Below are positions 53,219 to 64,000 of a stretch of 64,000 nt of DNA, piece after piece. The translations under genes were made by a program, and so were the position numbers. Below the pieces are notes generated by a model. It was given only the letters and a program-made list of their open reading frames with translations, did not search any database and had not been told where the DNA came from. Positions within the stretch are counted from its first letter, which is position 1. Each line of letters opens with the position of its first letter. Source of the stretch: Geosiphon pyriformis uo1 (lineage: Eukaryota > Fungi > Glomeromycota); the NCBI GenBank assembly GCA_016748015.1, contig JAAOMT010000003.1, forward strand, positions 1,492,373 to 1,556,372. The letters are read 5' to 3'.

Positions 53219-54673
53219 ATGTTATGGTGTTTGAAGAGCATAATGAATTCTTTTAAAGATTATGCCATAAAAACTTTCAAAATTTTGTCAAGAAAAGAAA
53301 TTTTCGTCTCATTATTTATATACGTTGCATTTCACTTTTGGGCGCATGAAAATTCTAAAGGCTGGATAGTTTCTCATAAACCTCTACAAATTCAAAATCT
53401 CTTTAAACAAGATGGAAATCTCACCTTTCATATCGTAGTTGATTGGAAAAATCAAATGAGAGTTCCTTTCCAATTCAAACGAATCACCAAACGATCTCAA
53501 TCGCTTCCTAAAATTTTAATAGATCCTGAAAGATCTTTTTTACCACTTTATAAAGAGTTGGCATACTTTGCAAATAATGCCTATTGCAATTTAGAAAATG
53601 GATTTATAAACGGTTTGATCCTTTTAGAATAAAACAATTGATTTAGGTCAAAAACTATTTTTTGCTATTTATCTTAAATTTTTACTCTTCAGTTGAATTC
53701 GGATTTTTCTCAAGTACAGGCTTTGATACGGCTCTCGTTGTGTACTTTGCAGGATCAGTAATTATTTGTCATTTCCTGAAATAACATGTCAGAATCAAAT
53801 TCACTAAAAAGGACTTTCTTTATTTCTTTCTTAGAAAATAAATAAATCTTCCTGGCCTAATGTGATTGATAGGCAAATTTCATTTCAAGTGAAAGGCTTC
53901 CCAATATTTGACGATGCTCGTGTTAGTAAACCATTCTGGGAAACTACTCAATCGGTGTTTCCCAGAATTTTAGAAAATATTCGGGAATTTTTAAAAACAA
54001 ATCCAAAGACGACGCAAATTTTTTTCACTGGGCATGCTATTGGTGGAGGTTTGTGAAACTAGGAAATTTTTTTTAGTTTCGATAAGTAAAAATCTGAAAT
54101 ACTTTTATATTTCTGAAATACCAGCATATGCCTCAATAGCTGGTATCCAATGGGCTATTCAAAGATATGAGATTAATCAATCGAAGTTATGGCCTGAAAT
54201 AGATCTGAATAAAATTGGTCACCATATTATCACATTTGGAGCTCCGAGAATCGGGAATAGCCGATTCAGTAGATTTGCAAATAACGCCATTAGACATCAT
54301 CGCATAACTCATGGAAATGACCATGTCCCACACTTTCCTTCGGATCCATTAAAGTGGAACCATTTTGGGTTTGAAATCTGGATTGAGCCATTAGAAAATT
54401 GCAATTGTCCCGATGATGATGTTAATTTTTATCCATATTCCTATTGGGACTGTAATAATCAATTCCTTGAACAAACCCAAAGACAAATATGGCTTGAGAA
54501 ATCGACTAGTGAGAATATGGTAAGTTTTATCCAAAGAAAATTTTTAAAACCGATAAAATTTGAAAGAATTTTCTCTTTAGGAGTGTAATAAAGGACAATC
54601 AATCATCAACGTTCCAGATGATTTGTTCCATGATGGGCCTTATTTCGACATTAGAATGGGTGTTTGTAGTTAA
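53219..54673 (+). CDS. Secreted Lipase_3-fold protein, Ala-type predicted dead (L14), paralog of L11
   Basis: KR site, FANNAYC, VVYFAGS, FFTGHAIGG (Ala 54036-54038), ITFGAPRIGN, RITHGNDHVP, NCNC, FHDGPYFDIRMGVC. Five exons, intact frame. Confidence 0.9.
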
Positions 54674-55518
54674 GTCATTTAGAAATTCTTGAGATTAAAA
54701 TATTGACTTTATTTTTCAGTTGAGTAACAGACCATCCAACAATGCGCGCAATTTTACTATATAAAATTTGTTTTTTAATATATTGTTTTTGGCGACCCAT
54801 TTATGTATACATTTCAAATTTTAAGTCGCTCTTTAATTAAATAATAAATTAAATAAAGACGAATCTGTTGTTATCAAAAATAACCTGCAGGTCCAATTTT
54901 AAGGTTGTTAGCATTAATGCGCTCTTTAAAATTCTTTGCAGTCTTAAGAAATTGCCCTAATTTTATGTCACCCGTCTGTTTATTGTGGCTTAAATTCACT
55001 ATTTGAAACACAAAATATTATAAAAATTTTCATCACATCTTGAAGAGAGTAAGAATATCAAAAAAATCCTTTCAAGAGCTTCAATATTCGTCTTGTAACA
55101 TATTTTATATTTTTAAGCGTTGGAATTGATCTCGATATAAATGCTTAGTGAATCAAGAAAATTATTTAGAAGCAAGAATTCTTTTAAATGTCTTACTTTA
55201 AAATGTTCTCATTTGAAAATATTAATAATACTTGAATTTGTTTTTAGAAATCAACCAGAAGTTTTTAATCGAGTTTAAATAAGGTGACTCATAGGCCAGT
55301 TTGACCATGTTCTCAAAATCCTCACATCTTTGGTCATATGATGAGAAAAATAATGTTAATATAAACAAGATCATGTAAAATATAAAAATTAGGTTTACGA
55401 TTATGAGATTTTTTTGAACAAGACTCTTCTAACAATGGAAAATAAAGATATTAAGAACATTTAATCGAATCCGACAATAAAATTATTTAAATTTTTTAAC
55501 TTTAAAGCCACCGATAAA

Positions 55519-56395
55519 ATGAAGGATAGTAAGATAAAAGAGTCTTTATTTATATTTGATCCTGGTGTTCGCTCACTATTAAAAGAATTAGCCTAAAATG
55601 AATATAAGACCATCTCATGTGATCAATTTATATAACTCCCATCTCTTGAAGCTGTTAATGTTTTTTTATCAGAAAATAATTTATATATTTACCTTGGTCA
55701 AACGAGAATTTTTCTAAAATCTATTTTACTAAATTTTATTGATTTTAAGAAATGAATCTTTTGTATCTTACATCAATAATAAAGGCTATATCTGGTTTTA
55801 ATAATGATAAAATTTAATAAACCTTAGAAAATCCCATAGAATCTCATTTCTAAAAACGAAAACAGAAAAAGCTAAAAGGTCCATAAAAAATTTTATTCAT
55901 CCTAAACTCACTGCAAAAAAATTAGAAATTCATGCTGAAACTTTAAAAATATATCTGAGGCGTATGAATCAGATATCAAATTTTGCCTATTGTTTGCCGT
56001 AAAATGATATTACCAAAGTTTTTTGAGGATAAAATATTTTTGGTAATTCCTTAATTTCAAATTGTGATTTAAAAATGAATTAAACATCTTATATATTTTC
56101 TTAATTGACTCGAATATTTTTACTAAAAACTTGGAAACTACCGGAGCCGTTGTTTATTTCCGAGAGCCTATATTCACAAAAGGACAATGGAGTGCAAGAC
56201 CAATTTATCACACATATTTAGAATGGGATAACAACACGCTATTTGGTGAAATTTTGATGCAACATATTCCTAAAATGATGCCCTTCTTGGTCAGTAAACT
56301 GCTCAAGAAAATACTTCAATAAAAAGATTCAAAATTCATTTGTTAAACATGGAATTGGAGGAGGTAAATTTTCGCGTTATTGCTATGTCAGATTA
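55519..56395 (+). pseudogene. Lipase-family pseudogene, Gly-type, 3'-truncated (L15), paralog of L12
   Basis: AVVYFREPIFTKGQWSARPIY and KHGIGG|gtaaat at 56345-56368; stops upstream. Confidence 0.78.
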
Positions 56396-57379
56396 GAAAG
56401 AACCTTGAATTTCACCAAAAATTCAAAACAATAAATTCTTCAAAACACTTGAAAATTAATTATTTTCATAATTTTAGTTAAAAACAGTTATATTAAAATC
56501 ATTTATGAAAAGACTAATAAATCAAAAATATTACAACTTCAAATTTCTTTAAGAGATGACTCTAAAAATCCCATGGAAATTGTATATGACTTCAATGGAT
56601 TAATTAAGAATAAATAGGTTCATTCCAAGTAACATTTATTTAAGTACGAATTTTTTAGGTGAGACTTCTGCGTTTCAAGATAAATGTAAATTAATTATTT
56701 AAACTTGATTTTATTAAATTAAATATCATTTAATACTTGCCTTATTTTTTTAGAAAAAAATATTAAGTTAATTTCAATTTGCTATTATTGCAGTAATATT
56801 AAGGCTTTGTTTTTTACCACTAAAAACATTGTTTAAAATTTAAGTTTTTTATCAATCAGAATATTGGTTTTGGCGATCTTTTTTTTCAATAATTGGCTTG
56901 CAAGAAACATTATAATCATAGAAATTATCATAAATAATCAATATGTTTTATAGTTTGGATAATTGATGCTTTAAATATCTTATGTTTGTTAATAGTTAGG
57001 ACTATAACCCTATCAAAAAGAAATGACAGATTAGAAAGGAAAGTCAAAACACAACTAAGCTTCCCAAAATAACATTAATAAGCAAACGCTTTGCAGTTAA
57101 TAACTCTGACACTTGGAAGAATCAAAGTAATCATTTATTAAATCATCATAAATAAAGAAATTATTGCAAATAACCAATTTTTCATCTATTTCAGACTATT
57201 TTATAATTAAATTTCAAGTGTTTACTGATTTCTACAACTTTATTAGTACTTAGATAATTTGAGTTTTCAGATCTGAAAAGAGGGGCTTAAATCAAAAAAA
57301 ATTTCCCTATTAAAATAATAATATATACTTTTATATCTTTGATAGCATCTTGTGTCTCTTTGGAATTAAGTCTTTTTTT

Positions 57380-58550
57380 ATGGAAAATTTCATTCAATTT
57401 ACAGTTATTTGAGAGCAGCAATAGCTTTTTTTTGAATCATTTCCTGAATACATTTAGGTGTATGCTTTTCACCAATTGTAGTGCTCTTTCCTTTAAACAC
57501 TTCAAATTGCACGAGATTCAGATATTTAATATTATTTCAAGGTCTTTCTCTGAAATAATTTCCCATGAATTTGATAGCAAAACTGTAAATATTCCTGTGC
57601 ATGGTATGACGCGACGAGTTCCAAATTTCGGGCGCTAAGTAGTGAATAACACCATGTATATTATTGGGCTGGAAAGAATAATTGGCAGGATGACAGAGTC
57701 TAAGGTCAGTAATGACAACTTTTAAGGCACTTGATTTTAAAAAGAGATGTATTGACAGAATTTAAGTTTCTATGCACTTTTTCCACTAGTTTATGTTTGA
57801 AAAATTGTGAATATTCACAACATTTAGACCAAAGGGGACCTTTTAATATACTATAGCATTCTGAACATTTCGGCAACCTCCGCTTTAAAAATATTACACT
57901 TTTATTACAAAACGAACCTTTAGGTGATCCATTAATGATTTTACAAAATTTTCCACATTTCAGCTACTTAAATTCATCTGAAAACTGGTTAAAGAAAGCT
58001 TCAAAATCTAAAAATTCTCCTTTGGAATTATCTAGACATTTAAAACCTCAATTTTGCAATTATAAAATAAAACGCTCCAGGTTATCCTAATTAAAATTAG
58101 GAAAATTCCTTTTAAGAACTTAATTTATTTACATAGGCTTTTAGATAGAGTTTAAATCTTTTTCTGAATCTCTTGCTGTTCCCATCCTTTTTTATATAAC
58201 AAAATCCAAGATTTGATTGTGTTTTTGTGTTACCCGCCTCTGCTGCTTTTGAATAGAATTCAAAAGTTTTTCCTCATTTTGACGTCATTCTCCATTATTA
58301 CAACAAATAACAAGATTTTTATTGTGCATAAATTTCTTGCTTTTGCTACTTTTAAATAGCGTTTAAATGCTTTTTCTTCATTTTTTTTGATTGCGCTTAA
58401 GATCCTTTTTGAAAAAATATCTAAACTTTCTTTGATAGCAATGAAGTTTCCTTTAAGAAAATTGGGAGATAAAATTGCGTTTTCACTTGATGAAGTAAAC
58501 GACATGATTTTCAAACAAGGCAAAGGATTATTGAACTTCAAATAACTTGT
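57380..58550 (-). pseudogene. Decayed Sel1-repeat plus TKL kinase gene
   Basis: EKAFKRYLKVAKA and FEFYSKAAEAGNTKTQSNLGFCY (Sel1), followed by KCSEC..LWSKCCE, VHRNLNSVN, VITDLRLCHPAN, IHGVIHYLAPEIW, NIYSFAI (kinase subdomains VIb-IX). Frameshifts; N-lobe missing. Confidence 0.8.
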
Positions 58551-59145
58551 ATAGGGAAAGAAGGATTTCTATATTAATTCAATCTAAATCACATTTCTGA
58601 AAAAGGCTAAGACTTGCAACGTTAGAATATGAAAAAAAACTTTGAAAATAGGCAGTTCCCGGATTTGATATTTTTTTAACGGATAGAGGATTATTTTAAA
58701 ATATAGCCTCTTATCAAAAAAATTCATTTTTTAATGATAAATTAGCTGTCACTTTGAAAGACAATATAAATAAAATCTTGAAACATATCTGTTGTTATTA
58801 TTATCATATTCCTGTAGAACTGAGCTTTATCTAAATTGGGCCGCAACAATCTTAATAATTTAACCCCGAGATCTACAACGTTACAAAGAAACAATACTTA
58901 ACAAAAATAGACCATCTTCTCATTGTCTCTTCAGCACACAATGCGGGGTATTACTGACAAATTGGCAGAACTCGGATCATGTACCACCTTTTCTTTGTTT
59001 TGTGCCTATTTAGGGATCAATGAGAAGTTTTCTATAAATATAATTGATTTTTTAGATTCAAAAAATAACAAAAAAACCATCTAATTTCAATAATAATATC
59101 AAAAAATCCATTAAATTTCAAAATAAAGAATCATCGAATTTCAAA

Positions 59146-60045
59146 ATGATTTCAAATCTCCATCCAGAAAATTATATCAATGGTCCATTCAACCAGATCG
59201 CAAAAAGTTTCCTTGAGTCAATCGATCGTGGAGAGATTTATTGTGATATCGCGCTCGATATCCAAAACAATCTTAAAAGTCACAACCTTTCCCTGGAATA
59301 TCTAATTGAAAAACTCACGATTAGAACACAGTACGTTCGACAGTTTAGATGCCTCCTAGGATTCTGTCATCAGTATATCAAGGAATGTTTTGATCCGATA
59401 AAAGCATTTGAAGCTTACGAAATTTCCTCCGATAGTGGTTACTCGTATGGCCATTTATTCCTTGGAATCTGTTTCGAGACTGAATTTGGCGTGGAAAAAA
59501 ATCTAGAAAGAGCTTTCGAATTGTACCGGATTTCTGCGAATGATGGTAATGGACATTCCCAATATCGGCTTGCAAGGTGTTATCAGCGTGAAATAGGAAC
59601 TATTGTTGATATGGAAAAATCATTAGAATGGTTTCTTAGATCAGCTGAATCTGGTCACTTAGGTGCCCAAAATAACGTCGGATGCTTTTACAAATCAGGG
59701 TTAGGTACTCAGCGAGATCTTGTCAAAGCTTTCTATTGGTATCAAACAGCAGCCAGGGCTGGTCTTCCCTGTGCTCAATTTAATTTGGCCGAGTGCTTTC
59801 GAGAGGCACAGGGTACAAAAAAGGATGATAAACGAGCATTATATTGGTACAAGAAAGCTGCAGCGGGTGATGATCTTAATGCCAAGATTCAGCTGGCTAA
59901 TCTTGACAAAGAACAGGTCATCAAAAAGGAGGAGAAATATGCACCAAACGGTTATTTGAGCTCGGCAAGTTGTGATCCTCAGGCTCAGTTTGCTCCAAAG
60001 GAAATGTACAAAAATCGAAAACCTGTTGTAGATCACAAACGGTAA
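59146..60045 (+). CDS. Sel1-like repeat protein (299 aa, intronless)
   Basis: Same Sel1 repeats as 46836-47648, with the full-length tail. Confidence 0.93.
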   Translation: MISNLHPENYINGPFNQIAKSFLESIDRGEIYCDIALDIQNNLKSHNLSLEYLIEKLTIRTQYVRQFRCLLGFCHQYIKECFDPIKAFEAYEISSDSGYSYGHLFLGICFETEFGVEKNLERAFELYRISANDGNGHSQYRLARCYQREIGTIVDMEKSLEWFLRSAESGHLGAQNNVGCFYKSGLGTQRDLVKAFYWYQTAARAGLPCAQFNLAECFREAQGTKKDDKRALYWYKKAAAGDDLNAKIQLANLDKEQVIKKEEKYAPNGYLSSASCDPQAQFAPKEMYKNRKPVVDHKR

Positions 60046-60844
60046 TTCCCGTTAACCCGAAGTTGAATTAACTGTACGGTTGCCCACAGAAGAAACTGAA
60101 CACGAAAAAAAATGACGAAATTCGAATGTCTCGCCAAAAATTAATAATATACATTGGTTAAAATGACAAATATTACTTTTCTTCAAATACAACAACTCAT
60201 TTGCAAAATCACCTGCAAATTTTAGCTCATAAACTATTAATAATTTGTATTTCGCACAATATTTAAAAATAAGATTTTAAAATAATCATTAGTTATCATT
60301 AGTTATAGCAAATCAAATTTTTGATAATTTTTTTTAACATTATGAATGTAATTACTTTTATTGTACAAACTTAATTTTTACAGCTTAAACAAAAACAAAA
60401 ATTCTCTCTTTTTTTTATAATAGTCAATACTTTTATTATTTAATGATAATACTATACAATGTAATAGTTTTTTGAAAAAAGATAACCTACAAAATATATT
60501 TTAGGTTTTTATTTCAAAAATGTGCAATTGCGCGCATAATAAATAAGAAATTGAATTTTGACACTCTTACAAAAAGCATTATTTTTATCTATAGGTTGGG
60601 ATATTAAATTAACTGATAACAGGAGTTAAAAAATTTAAATTTAACTAGAAAAATTACAACAAGAAAGCAAGTTGAATGTAAAAGTAATTTGATTAATAAA
60701 CTTCTTTTTGCCAGTTAAATTTTTCTAAATGCACGGAATTTCAAAAATCTCGAAACTACTATGTTCACATTTCAGATTTTATTAATCTCAATTGTTTTTC
60801 TCTTTTAACATATCATTGGTTTCGAGGTTCTCACAATGTTTCAT

Positions 60845-61022
60845 ATTTTTTCAAAATATGGGCCATAACGAAGGTCATTTAGTTTCCCGAAATACTTTGA
60901 ATCTCTTCTTATCATTTTCTTAAAATATATAATTTTTCGAGATTTATACCGGATGTTCGTTCAATATGTGGCTGTTATAGCATTCATATACAAGTGAGTA
61001 GGTGCTTGCTGGCCATTCACAA
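60845..61022 (-). pseudogene. Inverted copy of the lipase 3' fragment
   Basis: Minus strand reads DLRYGPYF at ~60850-60880 and EHP|gt at ~60950. Confidence 0.65.
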
Positions 61023-61383
61023 TATTTTTCCTAGGAAATTAACTCTGTGCGTGTAAATTTATGACTGAATGAAAATGAACGAGAATTTTTGGGGGTTCCA
61101 AAAATCGATTTTAATAGAATTTAAATTGATTCCCATTTGATAACAGAAAACAAAATTATATTCCAATTTATAGTGAATTTGATAACAGCTCAAATGCTTT
61201 TTCCAAATTTTGATTGGTTATCTATATGAGGGTCTATCCCCAAGTGAAAACTTTCTCTGAAACTCCATAAATGAATAAATACATTCTACAATTTTATATT
61301 TGCGATAAATCTCTATGATCACGCTCCTGTTGAGAGCTGATAACAGATCAAATTTTTGGCAATTGTAACGAAAATTTGGGACG

Positions 61384-62430
61384 TACTCTAAGTACCAAAA
61401 GTCACGCCCAATTTTTTATTAAAACAAAATTTGAATATATATTTAATTTATTCTATTTATTAATTATAAACCTGATTTTTTTAGAATAATTAATATTTTA
61501 TTGACTCTCCCTCTGCATCTAATACTGCTTCAATTCTTCGTGGCATTGAATCACAACTGTTTGGAGAACTGATACATCAAATTTTCACCATCCTAGTCTT
61601 AAAGCAGTTTTGAGTTCTTCTATAGTTCTTGGAAAGTTTTATGCTTTCGAATATTGTCCTTTAACAACTTCCATCTATTTTAAATAGGGTTAAGGTCCGG
61701 AGAACTTGCTGGCCAATCCAAGGTTTTGATTTTTTTTGTTCTTCAACCAATTTTTGACATCTTTTGCAGTGTGAATTGGTGCGTTGCCTTGTTAAAATGT
61801 TATACTTTTTCCAACCAATGGATGTGCTGCATTATAAAATGATATAAGATTATTTTCCAAGATTTTTAAATAGGTTTTTGCTGTAATTTTTTCATTTTTT
61901 TTTATGTTCATCACACAATACTAATCGATTTTTGATTTCTCCCATAAAACATCTCCAAATCATTAATGATTGTTTACCACTTTTAAAACTTGGTGCTAAA
62001 TATTCAGCAATATATTTCTTACCTGTATTACACCATACATTGACTTTTTAAGATTGTTTTCCAATTTCTATACTTATTTCATCAGAAAAAATGATTTGTT
62101 GCCAATTACTTGTAGTTTTATTGTTTTCTGACATGAAGAGCTTCTTTACTGCTATATAAAATTGAATTTCAGAGTTGCGAAATATTCTAACAGCGGTTGT
62201 TAAACTGCAATCCAATCATAAGTCATTAGTAACTTGTTTTGATAATAAAGTTTTTTTGTGTTTGGTAGAACTTGTGACTGTACAGATTGTGTTAAGTTTT
62301 CTATTTTCTCAATCTCCTTATACTTGGCAATAAATTATCGTATTGTGGTATGGCTATAGTTTATAGTTCTTGGAATTCATTAGGCATTCATATTATCCAT
62401 GTATGCTCGTATATTTTTTCAATAACATTA
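61384..62430 (-). mobile_element. Degenerate Tc1/mariner element
   Basis: WQQIIFSDE, LAPSFKSGKQSLMIW, QGNAPIHTAK..WL, DWPASSPDLNPI with stops. Possible TA-flanked end TACTCTAAGTACCAAAAGT at 61384; no partner TIR found. Confidence 0.9.
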
Positions 62431-64000
62431 GTTAATTAAAGTGAGTAGTTACTATATTTTGCAATAATATTTCTATAATATGTTTATATAAAATTATGAA
62501 AGTAAACATTAAAAACAATTATTAATATAGAAATATTTTAAAAATGGTTATAATTTATAAATATGTTTAAATGCAAAATATTTAGCTATAATTGTTAATA
62601 ACAAAAACAAATTAAATTATTGATTTTAACAACAAAAATTAAAAAAGAAAATTTTTTAATAACATTAATAATATTTTATTGGTTGATTTTTTTGTTAATT
62701 AATAAAATCAAATAATAATTAATATATTAATAATAAGAACTAATTAAAGCTTGGTGAGTTAATAATTAAATTTATGACTTCACAAAAAAATAATACAAAA
62801 ATCAATAAAGATGAAAAATAATTTATTTAAATTACTTAGTACAGAAAATTACAAAAATAAGATATTTAACAATATAAATTTTGTATAAATAAATTGTAAT
62901 ATTACAAATAAAATTGAAAATGTAAATAATGGTTTTTTTATTGGTGTTTTTCATATTATAAATTAATTTATATTTTATAAATTAATTAATTAATACCAAT
63001 TAACAATTAATTATTTGATTTCGATGTTGAAAAAGCATTATTAAATTAAGAAAACATCGTAATTACATTATTGTCCCAATTTTTATTAAACAATAAATTT
63101 AAATCTTTTTAATTAATTATTTCAAAACATTAGACTTTATGTATAATTTTTTAAACCTAGATAATAAAGCGAAACTTTATGTGTTACTATTATATTTATA
63201 AATTTTTATTTAACCACTTTATTAGATTGATTAATACAGTATTTTTAATTTTATTTAATCTTTTTTTACTATTATTATCCAGACTTGTTTATAATGCAAA
63301 TTTCCAAACATTTTAATTAAATCAGCAAATCAATTTTAAAAACAAACTTTTTAACCAAAATATATAAGTTGATATATTAATATTAATATTAATAATCAAT
63401 ATAAAATATATAAGTTTTGTGAAATTAATAAATGCTAAATTTACATTTGCTCAAAAATTTTGAAATTATATAAAAAAGAAAATAATATATTTTTTCGCTC
63501 AGAAATATTTTTACAAGTTAATTTTAACTTTTATTATTTTCTAATATAACACTCATTTTTTTGGTTTGCTTTCTTACTTGTAATTAATATTTAATAATAA
63601 TAACAAAATTATTAATATTAAATAAAAGAGTTTATTAAAAATTAATTATCTACATAACTTTTTTAAACTAAACATTATTCCAAATCAGAATAATATGCAA
63701 TAAAATTGGTCAAAAAATATTTTAAACAAGAAAGCAAATTAAATAAGTAAGTATTTCAATTAATGTAATTAGGTTTATAAAATTATAGTTGCTGAATTTT
63801 TTTAAGTTGAGAAATAGTTTGTAACTATTAAAAAAAATAATATAGTCATTATAATTCTATGGCTTAATTAGAATTTTTAGATTCAATAACAGATAGTACT
63901 CGTTTTTCAATAATTGTTTATTTAAAAATATTTTTATTAAAGTTAACAATAATACGAATCAAAAAAGGGAAAAAATTGCAATTTTTTATTTTAAATATTC

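Larger units (their letters stand above)
52830..56395 (+). repeat. Direct segmental duplication, copy B
   Basis: Colinear with 39140-42620. Confidence 0.92.
58555..61200. repeat. Inverted duplication, arm B
   Basis: Reverse complement of ~45340-48180. Confidence 0.92.

Noticed and set aside
63066-63120. Second TIR of the 61.4 kb Tc1 element
   Set aside because: Similar to 61405-61450 but in the same orientation, so not an inverted repeat; perhaps the end of another copy.

Overview
Very AT-rich, intron-containing fungal DNA, most likely Glomeromycotina (arbuscular-mycorrhizal lineage). This is inferred from a TKL kinase carrying the lineage-typical CxxC..WCxxC..WxSGN..ID.FIQ N-terminus, Sel1-repeat genes and short GT-AG introns. 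The window starts in the 3' part of a UTR1/YEF1-type NAD kinase. Most of the rest (about 6.5-61 kb) is a tandem array of roughly 17-19 class-3-lipase-fold (Lipase_3) loci. I reconstructed them by hand: 6 look intact, 2 carry only local lesions, and the rest are pseudogenes or fragments. The main observation is that most copies, including four of the six intact ones, have the nucleophile Ser of G-H-S-x-G replaced by Gly or Ala. They keep the fold, hydrophobic N-termini, Kex2-type KR sites and cysteines, and one clade adds a CxC motif. This looks like an expanded family of secreted pseudo-lipases interleaved with Ser-retaining paralogs. The array also contains a 7-exon TKL pseudokinase (HRD to HGG, no DFG), two Sel1-repeat genes in an inverted duplication, a decayed Sel1-kinase gene, a segmental duplication with a possible gene-conversion tract, and Tc1/mariner remnants. 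All gene models are manual and unverified.
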